Assembly (NCBI GenBank): GCA_963770895.1 | Contig: CAVYRF010000002.1 | Location: 5,152,001-5,216,000, forward strand | Direction of reading: 5' to 3' | Source of the DNA: an uncultured Acidobacteriota bacterium | GTDB taxonomy: Bacteria > Acidobacteriota > Thermoanaerobaculia > Multivoradales > UBA5704 | DNA length: 64,000 nucleotides | Shown: positions 37,809 through 48,097 of the stretch, in pieces | Position numbering within the stretch: position 1 is the first letter of the stretch | How the letters are laid out: every line of letters starts with the position of its first letter | Notes under the pieces: generated by a model | Database searches by the model: none | Told to the model about the DNA's origin: nothing | What the model saw: the letters and a program-made list of their open reading frames with translations, nothing else | Position numbers and translations under genes: made by a program

Positions 37809-37897
37809 GATGCGCAGGGGGCCTCCTTGACGGCGCGTTGGACGATCCGGGTCTCTGATACTGAGGCGAGTATACGCGGTTCGGCGGGGGTGGGTTT

Positions 37898-37980
37898 CGG
37901 TTCGTCGTCGACGGGTCTCGAAATCGGAAAACTGACTCTTCGAACTCCCTGGCCTGCTCCGGTGTCCACGAGCCGATGAT
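37898..37980 (-). pseudogene. Possible frameshifted remnant of a small antitoxin C-terminus
   Basis: Reads IIGSWTPEQAREFEESV; removing one T and one C from homopolymer runs continues as SDFETVDDE. Confidence 0.3.
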
Positions 37981-37993
37981 CGGTGCCGTGCTT

Positions 37994-40375
37994 TCAGGTG
38001 GTGCGGGCTTGGAGGGAGTAGAGCTCGCCGTAGGCGGGGTGGAGGTCGGCGGCGATGCCTTGGTCCAGGCGGGCGAGGGCGGCGGCGGGGGCGGCGGGGG
38101 TTTGGTGGGGGATGGGCCAGTGGAGGGTGAGCTGGTTGATGCCTCGGCGCAGGAGGTGGGCGGGGAGGGGAAGGTGGGACTGGGTCCAGGCGGTGGTGAG
38201 GGGGAGGGTGCCGGCGGGGGCGCCGTTGAGGGTGAGGCGGGCGGTGCCGCGGCGGGGGTGGGGCGGGGTGAGGGAGCGGTGGGGGGACAGGCGGGCGGTG
38301 ATGGTGAGGGCGGCGTCGCGGTCGCCTGCGCTGACCAGGCAGAGGCTGGTGGTGGGCCAGGGCGAGCGGTGGGTGGCGGGGCGTTGGACGTCGTCGAGCG
38401 GCATGACGTCGGGGTAGAAGCGCTCCAGGGGTTCCCAGAGGTAATAGGGCGGGTCCAGGAGCTCGGTCGCGGCGGGGCGGAGGGCACGGTGGGCGATGAG
38501 CTGGGACAGGGCGGCGTCGGCGGCGGGTCTGGCGTGGCGGGTGAGGGCGGCCAGGATGGCGGCGAGGAGGTCGGCGTCGAGGTGGTCCCAGCGCCAGCCG
38601 TGTTGCAGGCCCAGGGTGAAGTCGGAAGCGAGGTTGCGGCGCTGGGCTGGGGTGAGGATGGCGGGGAGCGGCGCGGCGCGGGCGGCGATGAGATCGAGCA
38701 TGGCGGATTCGATGCCGGGGGCGGCGGCCAGGGCCTGGTCGCACCAGGCTTCCAGGAAGGGGGCCTTGGGTCCGACGGCGAGCAGGCGGTGGGCGCCGTG
38801 GACGGCGGCGCCCAGGCGGGCGACGGCCTCGACCGCTGCGGGGACGGCGGGCGGCGGCAGGCTGCCCAGGAGGGTCTGCCAGGGCAGGTCGGCTTCGGCA
38901 AGGCCCGAGACGCGCAGGATCTCGCTGGCGAGCGCTGCCATGGCGACGTGGATGCCTTCGGAGGTGAGGTGGCAGTAGTCCAGGAAGAGGCGGCGGCCGG
39001 GGAGCGGTGAGCCGGTGTGGGTGGCGAAGACGTGCGGCAGGTCGACGCAGGCGAAGCCGTGGCGCTGCCGGGCCCGGCGCAGCAGGTGGTGGGTGAGGGT
39101 GGTCGCCTGCGGCGCCGCCAGGAAGGCCAGCGTCGGGTAGGCCGCGGCGTCGATCTCGGCGCGCGCGGCGGCGGCGGCGGCGGGGGCGTCGCCGGCGCCT
39201 GAGCGGGCGTTGGCCAGCAGGCGCCAGGAGGTGGGCGTGACGCCGCCGTCCTGGTCGAGCATGGCGGTGGCGGTGCGCGCGGCGGCGCTCCAGGCGCCGC
39301 GTGCCAGCTGGCTCCGGGCGCGCGCCAGGCGGCGGTACCAGGCGGCGATGCCGCCTTGGGCGGTGGGCGGGGCGGGCGACCACCAGGAGATGGGCTGGCG
39401 GTTCTCCCAGCCGGTCAGGCTGACTTCGGGCACGACGACGACGACCGGCACGCCCAGGGCGCGGGCGACCTGGGCGATGCGCTCGAAGGTCGATTGGGCC
39501 AGGGTGCGCAGCCGGTCGGCGGCCAGCGCCACGGGGCCGGCGGGGCCGGCTTCGCGCCAGGCCGCGGCGTAGTCCTGGCGGGCGGCGACGGACGGGGCGT
39601 AGGGCGAGACGTCGGGGGTTTCGAGCAGGTTCCAGTTGTTGCCGGCAAACAGCACCAGGACGTCGGGCTGGATCTGGACGGCGCTTTCCAGGGTCGCGAG
39701 CAGCGAGGGGAGGGTCTCGTTGGTGCGCGCCAGGTCGATCACTTCGACGGCGTCCTGGCCGGCGACGGCGCGCAGCTGGGCTTCCAGGACGGTGGCGGGG
39801 GTCAGGTGCGGTGCGTAAAGGTAACCCGCCGCGGCCGACTCGCCGAACAGGCAGACGCGCAGCGGCATGGGCGCTCGCTTCGGACGGATCTCCCGCCGCG
39901 CCGCGAAGTGATCGCCCAGCGGCAGCGGGCGTGGGCGCACGAAGGCCAGGTCCGGTCCCGACCCCCGCGGCTGCCAGATGCTGATCGGGCGCGGCCAGCC
40001 GCCGGGCCGGCCGCCTGGCTGCGGCGCGGCTGCCGCGGCAGCCGGCGCGCCGCCCGGTGCTGGATCGGCAGGCGCTGCCGCCGGCTCGGCGGAAGGTTCC
40101 GCCGGCGGCGTGGCGGATGCCGGCGCGGGCAGCGCCAGGCCGGGTGGCGGCGGCGTCAGCATGCCGGCGCGTTGCAGCGCTCGCGCCACGCGCGCGCCTT
40201 CGGGGGTGCCCAGGAGCGCCGCCAGCGCACGGCTCGCCGCCTTGGCGGGGTCGGCCGGCGCCGCGGCGCGCGCATCCTGGGCGCCGTCGCCGTTGCCGTT
40301 GCCGGCGCCGGCGCCGGCGCGCGGCTGCGCCGCGGCTGCCGGGGCGGCGTCGTGCGCGGGGCGGTCGTCAGGCAT
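37994..40375 (-). CDS. SGNH/GDSL-like protein with TPR-like helices
   Basis: VCLFGESAAAG (block I-like), PDVLVLFAGNN (block III-like), LFLDYCHLT (DxxH block V). ATG overlaps the upstream TGA. Confidence 0.6.
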   Translation of the reverse strand: MPDDRPAHDAAPAAAAQPRAGAGAGNGNGDGAQDARAAAPADPAKAASRALAALLGTPEGARVARALQRAGMLTPPPPGLALPAPASATPPAEPSAEPAAAPADPAPGGAPAAAAAAPQPGGRPGGWPRPISIWQPRGSGPDLAFVRPRPLPLGDHFAARREIRPKRAPMPLRVCLFGESAAAGYLYAPHLTPATVLEAQLRAVAGQDAVEVIDLARTNETLPSLLATLESAVQIQPDVLVLFAGNNWNLLETPDVSPYAPSVAARQDYAAAWREAGPAGPVALAADRLRTLAQSTFERIAQVARALGVPVVVVVPEVSLTGWENRQPISWWSPAPPTAQGGIAAWYRRLARARSQLARGAWSAAARTATAMLDQDGGVTPTSWRLLANARSGAGDAPAAAAAARAEIDAAAYPTLAFLAAPQATTLTHHLLRRARQRHGFACVDLPHVFATHTGSPLPGRRLFLDYCHLTSEGIHVAMAALASEILRVSGLAEADLPWQTLLGSLPPPAVPAAVEAVARLGAAVHGAHRLLAVGPKAPFLEAWCDQALAAAPGIESAMLDLIAARAAPLPAILTPAQRRNLASDFTLGLQHGWRWDHLDADLLAAILAALTRHARPAADAALSQLIAHRALRPAATELLDPPYYLWEPLERFYPDVMPLDDVQRPATHRSPWPTTSLCLVSAGDRDAALTITARLSPHRSLTPPHPRRGTARLTLNGAPAGTLPLTTAWTQSHLPLPAHLLRRGINQLTLHWPIPHQTPAAPAAALARLDQGIAADLHPAYGELYSLQARTT

Positions 40376-42156
40376 CAGACAAAGGTGTAGAGATCGGTGG
40401 GCAGGGCGGCGCCGGGGTGGCCGGCGGCGGCGGTGTCGAAGGCGCTGCGCAGGCGCTCCTGCCAGGCGGGCAGCAGGGCGGGCCAGTCGGCGGGCAGGGA
40501 CTGGCGGTCGATCAGGAAGTCTTCGAGCACCAGGGCGTCGAGGCCGGCGCGGGCCATGGTGAAGAGGGCGTCGACGGGAGTGCAGACGATGGGCTCGCCG
40601 GCGGTATTGAAAGAAGTGTTGACCAGGATCGGGCAGCCGGTGCGGCGGCCCATTTCGCGCAGCAGCGCGGCGAAGCGGGGGGCGTCGGCGTCGGCGACGG
40701 TCTGGGGGCGGGCGGAGCCGTCGACGTGGGTGATGGCGGGCAGCGCCAGGCGCGAGGTGACGGCGCAGGTTTCCAGCATGAAGGGCGACGGGTGATCCAG
40801 GTCGAAGTGCTCACCGGCGGCGCCGGCCAGGACGCTGGGCGCGAAGGGGCGGAACTCTTCGCGGCGCTTGACCAGGCGGTTGAGGCGCTGGCGCGCCGTG
40901 GGGTCGCGCGGATCGGCCAGCAGGCTGCGGGCGCCCAGCGCGCGCGGACCCATCTCCAGGGCGCCGTGGAACCAGCCGACGATCTGGCGGCGCTCCAGGC
41001 GGTCGACGACGGCGGCCAGCAGGTCGGCTTCGCGGCCGCGGAAGTCGAGCGCCGGCAGCTCGGCCGCGGCCAGCAGGTCGGCGACCTGGCCGGCGCTCCA
41101 GCGCGGGCCCAAAAACACGTGCGACAGCGGCGCCGGGCGCTGCCCCGTGAGCTCGGCCTGGGCGAGCGCGGCGGCGCCCAGGCAGCCACCCGAGTCGCCC
41201 GCCGCCGGTTGCACGAACAGGCGCCGGAAGGGGCCTTCGCGGCGGATGCGGCCGTTGGCGACGCAGTTGAGCGCCACGCCGCCGGCCATGCAGAGGTCGG
41301 TGGCGCCGGTCTGGGCGTGGAGGTAGCGCGCCTTGGCCAGCAGCAGCTCTTCGAGCACCGCTTGCAGGCTGCGCGCGACGTCGCGATGGAAGTCCTGGAT
41401 CGGCTGGCCGGGGCGGCGGCGCGGCGCTCCCAGCAGGTCGGCCAGGGCCGGCGCATCCATCTGCCGGCCGCGCACGAAGTCGAAGTAGCGCAGGTCGAGG
41501 CGGAACTGCCCGCCCGGCAGGTCCTGGACCAGGCGGCGCATGGCGTCCAGGTGGCGCGGCTGGCCGTAGGGCGCCAGGCCCATCACCTTGTATTCGCCGT
41601 CGTTGACGCGAAAACCCAGGTAGGCGGTGATGGTCGAATACAGCAGGCCCAGGGAGTGCGGAAAGTCGACCTGCTCGAAGAGGTCGAGCTGGTTGCCGTG
41701 GCCGCGGCCGTAGGTGGCGGTCGCCCATTCGCCGACGCCGTCGACGGTGAGCACGGCGGCGCTGTCGAAGCCCGAATACAGATAGGCGCTGGCGGCGTGC
41801 GAGGCGTGGTGCGGATAGCAGCGCAGCGGCCCGTCGTAGCCCAGCCCTTCGCGCAGCGCCCGCTCGGGGCGGCGCGGGTCCAGCCACGGCAGGTCGGCCG
41901 GCGTGTCGGCCGGCACCCCCGCCCACAGCTGGCGGGCGAGCTTTTCGGTGGGCTGCTCGTAATAGGCGAGGCAGTCGACCTGGTGGGGGCCGATGCCGCC
42001 GGCGGCGAGGCAGTGGCGGAAGGCGCCCACCGGCAGGCGCGCGTCGTGTTTGACGCGCGAGAAGCGCTCCTCTTCGGCTGCCGCCACCAGACGGCCGTCC
42101 TGCAGCAGGCAGCAGGCCGACTCGTGAAAGAACGCGGAGATCCCGAGGATGTTCAC
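40375..42156 (-). CDS. Carbamoyltransferase (NodU/CmcH family)
   Basis: ILGISAFFHES, AAAEEERFSR.KH, HHASHAASA, DGVGE, SLGLLYS, GEYKVMGLAPYG, AGGVALNC, E.GPRALG.RS, FRPFAP, THVDGSARPQTV, NTSFN..GEPIV. Confidence 0.93.
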   Translation of the reverse strand: MNILGISAFFHESACCLLQDGRLVAAAEEERFSRVKHDARLPVGAFRHCLAAGGIGPHQVDCLAYYEQPTEKLARQLWAGVPADTPADLPWLDPRRPERALREGLGYDGPLRCYPHHASHAASAYLYSGFDSAAVLTVDGVGEWATATYGRGHGNQLDLFEQVDFPHSLGLLYSTITAYLGFRVNDGEYKVMGLAPYGQPRHLDAMRRLVQDLPGGQFRLDLRYFDFVRGRQMDAPALADLLGAPRRRPGQPIQDFHRDVARSLQAVLEELLLAKARYLHAQTGATDLCMAGGVALNCVANGRIRREGPFRRLFVQPAAGDSGGCLGAAALAQAELTGQRPAPLSHVFLGPRWSAGQVADLLAAAELPALDFRGREADLLAAVVDRLERRQIVGWFHGALEMGPRALGARSLLADPRDPTARQRLNRLVKRREEFRPFAPSVLAGAAGEHFDLDHPSPFMLETCAVTSRLALPAITHVDGSARPQTVADADAPRFAALLREMGRRTGCPILVNTSFNTAGEPIVCTPVDALFTMARAGLDALVLEDFLIDRQSLPADWPALLPAWQERLRSAFDTAAAGHPGAALPTDLYTFV

Positions 42157-42211
42157 CGGCCGCGGAGGTGGCGCCAGGGGGTGCGCGCGGCGCCGGCTTT
42201 GCTAGTACCCA

Positions 42212-45200
42212 CTACCGGCCGCCGCCGCCGCGGTTGCCGTGCGCGGCTTCCGCCTGCTTGACGGTGCCCAGGGCGGCCAGGCGGGCCTGCGCCAGGCGGA
42301 AGGTGGAGAGCGGATCGGCGTCTTCGCCCGGCGGGCGGGTGACGCGGGCGTAGAGGCGGCGTGCTTCGTCGGGCATGCCGTAGGTTTCCGCCAGCTGGCC
42401 GAAGATGTACCAGTCGGCGGCTTCGGGCGCGCCGCGGGCGCCGGGGGGCTGCCCCGGCCGCACTTCGATGGCTTCGATCGCGACGCGGTAGCCTTCGGCG
42501 GCGCGCCCGCGCTCGACGCAGAGCGCCGCCAGGGTGTGCAGGGCGGCGGGGTCGGCGAAGCGCGACAGCTCCACCGCCTGCTGCGCGTCGGCGAACGCCT
42601 GGTCGTCGGGTTGCCCGCGCACCAGCGCCAGCCAGGCCAGGTCGTTGAGGTCGCCGGCCGTCTCCTGGCCGCCGGCCACCAGGTGGCGCAGGTAGAGCGC
42701 GGCGGCCGTCAGGTCGCCGCGGTGGGCGGCGGTGCGGGCGGCCAGGCGGAGCGCCAGCGGATCTTCGGGATGGCTGCGCAACCAGCGCTGCGCCAGCTCT
42801 TCGAGGTTGGCCAGGCGGCCCAGGCCGGCCAGCGCCCGCGCCTGGAACGCGAAGGCGCGCTGCGCGCCAGGGTGGGCGGCGGCCAGCCGGCCGGAGGCGT
42901 CGAGCAGGTCCTGGAAGCGGCCCAGGCCGCTCTGCGCCTGTGCCAGCGCCACCTCGAAGGCGGTGCGGCGGGCGGTGTCCGCCGCGGCGCCGTCGCGACA
43001 GCCTTCCAACCGCGCCAGCAGGGCCTGGCCTGGCGCGGGCGTGAGCGCCGCCGCACCGCCCGCCGCGAGGGTGGCGGCGGCGCAGCCGGCATCGGAGGGC
43101 GTGGCGGCCGTGGCGGCCGTCGTGGCTGGGGCGGCTGCCGGTTCGCAGGCCGCCCAGGGCGCCGCGCCGGTGAGTCCGGGTGCCGCGGTGTCGTCGCTGC
43201 CGCAGCCTTCCGGCCGGGTGCTCCACACGGCCAGCATGGGGATGGCCGGCAGAGCGCCGGCGGGGTCGCCGGCGTCGGCGGCGTCACGGGCACCGGCGCC
43301 GGGCGCCCTTTCGGAGGCGGCGGAGGTGGCGAAGGCGTCGTCGGCGGCGGGAGCGGCCGAGGTGGCTGCCGCTTCGGCCATGGCGCCGATCTGGGCCAGC
43401 AGCGCGGTCGGGGCGCCCGGCGGGGACGGCGCCGCGAGCGGTGCCGGGCGCTTGGCGGACGCCGCGCCCTTGCCGGTCTTGCCGCCGATGCCGCTCAAGC
43501 CGCTGCCGCGGCCGGACAGCGCGATGCCCGCGATGCCTGGAGCGCCGGCGGCTCCCGGCGGGGGATTGCGCAAGGTGGCGGCCGGCCGGCGCAGTTCTCC
43601 CACCGCCCAGTCCAGCCAGCGCCGGGCGCCGGCTTCGTCGTGGGCGGCCAGGCGCCGCAGCGCTTCGAGGCCGAGGGTATAGGGGGCGTCGCCGAGCGCC
43701 GCGACGCGGTATTCGCCGTGGTCGGGCACCAGGAACAGCGCGGTGCGCGCGACGGCGGCTCCGGCACGCGCGGTGATCTGGACGCGGTAGCCGGCGGCGT
43801 CGTCGCCGCTGATCGCGGTGTGCCAGGCGGCGGCCGCCAGGTCCTGACGCACGTCGGCGGCGAGCAGCGCGTCGTGTTGCGCCGACAGCGGCGAAGCGCC
43901 GAACGAGGCGGCCAGCTCGCGCTGCGCCGCCGGGCTCATGGCCTGGGTGAGCCCGGCGCTGAGCGCCGCGACCATGCGGTCGGTGGCGGGAGGGTCGGCC
44001 AGGGTCGCCAGCAGGAAGCGGCGCGCCGCCGCGCCGGCGCGGCTGGCGTTCGCGCTGCCGGCGTCGGCGCCGCCGGGCTGGCGACCCGCGGTCTCGATGG
44101 TTTCCGCGGCGTCGGTGGTCGCGGCGGCGTCAGCGGGGGCGCCGGCGCTGCTGGCACCGCTCGCGTTGGTGGCACCGCTGGCGTCGCTGGCGTCGGCGGC
44201 AGGGTCCGCGGCGCCGGTGCGGGTCGCCGCCGGCCGCGGCGCCTCCTGGTGGCGGCGGGCGAGCCGCAGCGCGTCGGCGCGGACCAGGTAGGCGGCGGAG
44301 TTGGGCGACAGCCGCGCGGCGCGCGCCAGCAGGGTGGCCGCCTCGCCGTAGCGGCGCAAGGCGACCAGCTCGCGGGCCGCCGTGTCGAGCGCGCCGACGC
44401 GCGCCCCAGGGTCACCGATGCGGCGCTCGGCGTCTCCCAACGCGGCGTCCGCGCCGGCGGTCGCCGCCAGCGCGACCAGGCGCTGGGCGTCGCGCGCCGG
44501 CGTGTCGTCCAGCTCGGATGCCAGGGTCACCGCTTCGGCGAAGCGGCCGGCGTGCACCAGGGCCGCCAGCAGGTTGTCGTCGTAGGCGTGCGTTTTGAGC
44601 TGGTCGCGCAGCCCCTGGTATTCGGTGATGGCGCCGGCCAGGTCGGCGTCGGCGGCGTAGCGGCGCCCCTGCGCGTCGTGCTCCAGCAGGATGGCCAGGT
44701 CGGCGCGGGTGGTTTCGTCTTCGGCGTCCAGGGACTTTGCCTTGCGGTAGGCGGCGACCGCGGCGGCGCGATCGAAGCCGGTGCCGAAGCGGCGTCCGAT
44801 GCCGTCGTGCTGCAACACCCAGGCGAGGGTGCGCTGCGCCGCCGCCGAGCGCGGCTCGAGATGGGTCGCCCGCTCGGCTTCGCGGCGCGCCGCCTCGCCC
44901 AGGCCGCCGGCCAGCAGGGCGCGCGCCAGGCGGCTGTGCGGCAGCGCCTTTTTGGGCGCCGCCGCGGCTTCGCGCTGGAACTCCGCGATGGCGGCGCGGA
45001 CGTTGCCGGCCGCCAGGTCGGTTTCGCCCACCTGCTCGAACTGCACCAGGATGGGCTTGGCGGCCCGCACCTGGCGCACCGCGGCGCGCAGGCTTTCGAA
45101 CTCCTTGGCGCCGATGCGGCGCTTGCCGGTATCGAGGCGCAGCGTCGCCGTGACCACCCCGTCGGGCGTCGCCGCGAAGGTTTCGGTCAAGCTGGCGGTC

Positions 45201-47287
45201 CCCAGCTGCAGCGTCTGGCTGGGTGGCAGCGGCCGCGGCGCAAAGCCCGGCGGCGGCACCATGCGGAAGGTGGTTTCGACGACGAACGGCCGGCCGAAGT
45301 AGAAGTCGGCCACCCGCCCGGGCTCGTCCTTGCCCGCCGCGGTCAGGTCGTCGGGCAGCTGGTCGAGCAGCGCCGCCGGCAGGATGGCGACCGCCGCCGT
45401 CTTTTCATAGGTGAGGGCGCTCTTGATCTCCCGCACTTCCAGGCGCAGGCGGAAGGGCTGCGCCAGGTCCCGCGGGTCGGCGTGGTCGTACGAGGTCAGC
45501 TCCTTGGCCAGGTACGACTTGCGCACGTATTCGGAGAGCGATTCGCGCACCGTCTCGGCGTCCTCGGAGACGTAGAAGGCGCGCAGGTCGCGCTCGCTGG
45601 CGCCCCAGTAGCGGTCGCTTTCGACGGCGCGCGCCGGTCCCAGGTCGGCGAGGTAGATCTCGCGCGTCTTTTCGGCGCGGTTCTCTTCGGGCGCCGCTTC
45701 GGGGGTGCGGATCAGGGCGGTGGCGGTGGGGCTGGCGATCAGCGCCAGGCGCCCCTGGTCGTCGGTCGGCAGCTCGCCGGCGCGGGCGAAGGGGTCGGTG
45801 GGATCGATCCACACCTGGGGGCTGCCCGGCACGACGACGATCGCGTGGTTGAAGCCGCCGAAGCCCGGCAGCTCCTCTTCGATGTCCTGCTGGTCTTCGC
45901 CGGAGTTGAGCAGCGCCGCGTAGGCCGGGATGTCGAGCGCCCGCAGCGCCGCGATCAGCAGCACCGCCTTGTCCTTGCAGTCGCCAAATTTGCGCCGCAG
46001 CGTTTCAGCGGGCGAACGCGGCACGATGCCGCCCTGGCCAAGCTCGACGCCGGTGTAGCGGATGTCGCCCAGGCGCCGCAGCAGGCGGTTCATGGTGTCC
46101 ATCTGCGACGGCGCGGTGCCGCCGGCGGCGCGGATCAGCGCGGTCATGTCGGCGCCGCGGATGGCGTCGTCGACGATCTGCGAGTAGCGGTGCGCGATGT
46201 CGCCCCACGAACGCCCGGTGGAGAAGGCCAGATACGGCGTGCGCGGCTGCTCCGGCGCCAGGCCCGTTTCGGGGTCGTCGGTCGCCGCCAGGTCGCGGTA
46301 GTCGAACGTCAGCCGGCGGCGCGGCGGATCGCCGGCGATCGCTTCGTCGCGCGGCGCGTTCTGCGGCAGCAGGCGCGCCGTCCAGCGCAGCGCGGCGGCG
46401 GCGGGGGCTTCGACGATGACGCGAGCGTGATGCACCGACACCGACGCCGCGACGTCGGTGACCTCCACCAGGCCGGCGTCGAAGAAGGGCGCCGTGTCGC
46501 GCACCGTCACCTGCTGCTCGACGACCACACCGGGGCCGGTCGCCGGCAGCGGCCCGCGCAGGACGCGGCCGTCGCCGAACATGTCGGGGCCGTCCTGCAC
46601 CTCGCCGCTTTCGGTCAGTACGGCGGGATCGAGCGGCAGCGCCACGCCGTCCGGCGTGATGACGCGCGCCCGCACTTCGGGGCGCGCCTGGTGCCAGGGA
46701 GCCCAGCTGCGCTCGACCGTGGACCAGCTTTCGTCGGCGGCGGCGGTCAGCAGGCGGTAGACCAGGCGCTGGGTGTAGACCTCGCGGCCGGCGGCATCGA
46801 AGGAATAGTGCTGCTCGGACAGCAGCACGACGACCGGCTCGCCGTCGCGCCCTTCGAAGCGGGCGGCGGCGTGGGCGACCGCCGCCGGGTCGGCGGCAAA
46901 CGGTTCGCCGTCCCAGGGTTCGATTCGCGGCGCCTTGCTGGCCGCCGCCGCGGCCGACGCCTTGCGGCGCTGCTTGTCGTGGTCGGTCGCGGCGCGCGCG
47001 GGCGCGCCGGCTGCCGCCGCCCGCGTGGCGGCTGCCCTCAGCGGTCTGACGGCTCCTCTCGACGGCCTGACGGCCGAGGCCGCTGCCGGTGCGGTCAAGG
47101 CGGTGGCGGCGGTGGTGGCGGCGGCCGACGCGGCGGTGGGAGCGGCCAGAGCGGCAAGGCCGGTGAGGGTGGTCAGGACGCCGAGCGTGGCGAGGCCGGC
47201 GAGCACGGCGGGAAGCCGCCTGGGCCGGGAGTAAATCCGCCGGGGGCGCGAAACCTGCGAGGACTGTGCACAACTCCAGCTGGTCAC
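42212..47287 (-). CDS. Large DUF3857/transglutaminase-like/TPR protein
   Basis: IRYTG.ELG, P...AETL.R.FGDCKDKA.LL, FNHAIV, WIDPT (Cys-His-Asp triad) and multiple TPR-like helices. Start uncertain. Confidence 0.85.
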   Translation of the reverse strand: MTSWSCAQSSQVSRPRRIYSRPRRLPAVLAGLATLGVLTTLTGLAALAAPTAASAAATTAATALTAPAAASAVRPSRGAVRPLRAAATRAAAAGAPARAATDHDKQRRKASAAAAASKAPRIEPWDGEPFAADPAAVAHAAARFEGRDGEPVVVLLSEQHYSFDAAGREVYTQRLVYRLLTAAADESWSTVERSWAPWHQARPEVRARVITPDGVALPLDPAVLTESGEVQDGPDMFGDGRVLRGPLPATGPGVVVEQQVTVRDTAPFFDAGLVEVTDVAASVSVHHARVIVEAPAAAALRWTARLLPQNAPRDEAIAGDPPRRRLTFDYRDLAATDDPETGLAPEQPRTPYLAFSTGRSWGDIAHRYSQIVDDAIRGADMTALIRAAGGTAPSQMDTMNRLLRRLGDIRYTGVELGQGGIVPRSPAETLRRKFGDCKDKAVLLIAALRALDIPAYAALLNSGEDQQDIEEELPGFGGFNHAIVVVPGSPQVWIDPTDPFARAGELPTDDQGRLALIASPTATALIRTPEAAPEENRAEKTREIYLADLGPARAVESDRYWGASERDLRAFYVSEDAETVRESLSEYVRKSYLAKELTSYDHADPRDLAQPFRLRLEVREIKSALTYEKTAAVAILPAALLDQLPDDLTAAGKDEPGRVADFYFGRPFVVETTFRMVPPPGFAPRPLPPSQTLQLGTASLTETFAATPDGVVTATLRLDTGKRRIGAKEFESLRAAVRQVRAAKPILVQFEQVGETDLAAGNVRAAIAEFQREAAAAPKKALPHSRLARALLAGGLGEAARREAERATHLEPRSAAAQRTLAWVLQHDGIGRRFGTGFDRAAAVAAYRKAKSLDAEDETTRADLAILLEHDAQGRRYAADADLAGAITEYQGLRDQLKTHAYDDNLLAALVHAGRFAEAVTLASELDDTPARDAQRLVALAATAGADAALGDAERRIGDPGARVGALDTAARELVALRRYGEAATLLARAARLSPNSAAYLVRADALRLARRHQEAPRPAATRTGAADPAADASDASGATNASGASSAGAPADAAATTDAAETIETAGRQPGGADAGSANASRAGAAARRFLLATLADPPATDRMVAALSAGLTQAMSPAAQRELAASFGASPLSAQHDALLAADVRQDLAAAAWHTAISGDDAAGYRVQITARAGAAVARTALFLVPDHGEYRVAALGDAPYTLGLEALRRLAAHDEAGARRWLDWAVGELRRPAATLRNPPPGAAGAPGIAGIALSGRGSGLSGIGGKTGKGAASAKRPAPLAAPSPPGAPTALLAQIGAMAEAAATSAAPAADDAFATSAASERAPGAGARDAADAGDPAGALPAIPMLAVWSTRPEGCGSDDTAAPGLTGAAPWAACEPAAAPATTAATAATPSDAGCAAATLAAGGAAALTPAPGQALLARLEGCRDGAAADTARRTAFEVALAQAQSGLGRFQDLLDASGRLAAAHPGAQRAFAFQARALAGLGRLANLEELAQRWLRSHPEDPLALRLAARTAAHRGDLTAAALYLRHLVAGGQETAGDLNDLAWLALVRGQPDDQAFADAQQAVELSRFADPAALHTLAALCVERGRAAEGYRVAIEAIEVRPGQPPGARGAPEAADWYIFGQLAETYGMPDEARRLYARVTRPPGEDADPLSTFRLAQARLAALGTVKQAEAAHGNRGGGGR

Positions 47288-47605
47288 GCCTTCCCCCTAC
47301 CGTATTCCCCCGCGTTGCCCCCCAAAAGGGTATCATGCCGGCTCCGGCGGTGGAGCAGGCTGGGCGGGTGCATGCTGCCGGCCGCGGTCGCCGGCAAGCG
47401 CGGCTGCAAGCGGCCCCGCGCGGCCCCAGCCGCGCCGCGGCTCTGGTCAATCCGTAGACGATGTGCTATTTTTTCGAGCACCGGTTTGTGAAGTGTCCCT
47501 CTCGATCCCGAGGCGGCCACGCACACTTTCCACAGGTGCGCTGTCGCCAGCCACCGCCGGTTGCAAAAGGGCCTTATCGGCCCAGGACAGGACAAGGAGA
47601 GAGGG

Positions 47606-48097
47606 ATGGGCAGGAAGCTTTTCGTCGGCAATCTCAATTTCGATACGACCAGCGACGACCTCAAGCAGCTGTTCGCGCAGGCAGGCACGTGCGAATCGGC
47701 GCAGGTCATGACCGATCGCGCGACCGGCAGATCGCGCGGCTTCGGTTTTGTCGAGATGAGCTCCGACAGTGACGCCCAAAAGGCGATCCAGGAATTGAAC
47801 GGGCGAAGCTTCCAGGGCCGCAACCTGAACGTGAACGAAGCGCGCGAACGCACGCCCGGCGCCCCGCGCCCGCCCCGCCCCCACGGTGACTTCGGCGGTG
47901 GCGGCGGCTACGGCGGCGGCGGCGGTTTTGGCGGCGGCGGCGGCTTCGACGGCGGCGGTGGTTTCGACGGCGGCGGCGGCTTCGGCGGTGGTTTTGGCGG
48001 CGGCGGCGGCGGCTTCGGTCGCGGTCCCGGCGGCCCCAAACCGCGCAAGGACGGCGGCAGCCGCCGCGGCCTGCGCGCCCGCAAGCGCAGTCTCTAG
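47606..48097 (+). CDS. RRM RNA-binding protein with Gly/Phe-rich tail
   Basis: KLFVGNL (RNP2), RSRGFGFVEM (RNP1), GR.LNVNEAR, (GGGGF/D)n. SD AAGGAG. Confidence 0.93.
   Translation: MGRKLFVGNLNFDTTSDDLKQLFAQAGTCESAQVMTDRATGRSRGFGFVEMSSDSDAQKAIQELNGRSFQGRNLNVNEARERTPGAPRPPRPHGDFGGGGGYGGGGGFGGGGGFDGGGGFDGGGGFGGGFGGGGGGFGRGPGGPKPRKDGGSRRGLRARKRSL

Noticed and set aside
42239-47491. 1750-aa plus-strand ORF (likewise 32834-36427 and 29181-31823)
   Set aside because: Antisense shadows of real minus-strand genes.
47288-47605. Possible structured RNA leader before the RRM gene
   Set aside because: No recognisable riboswitch or ncRNA motif; cannot be supported without a covariance search.
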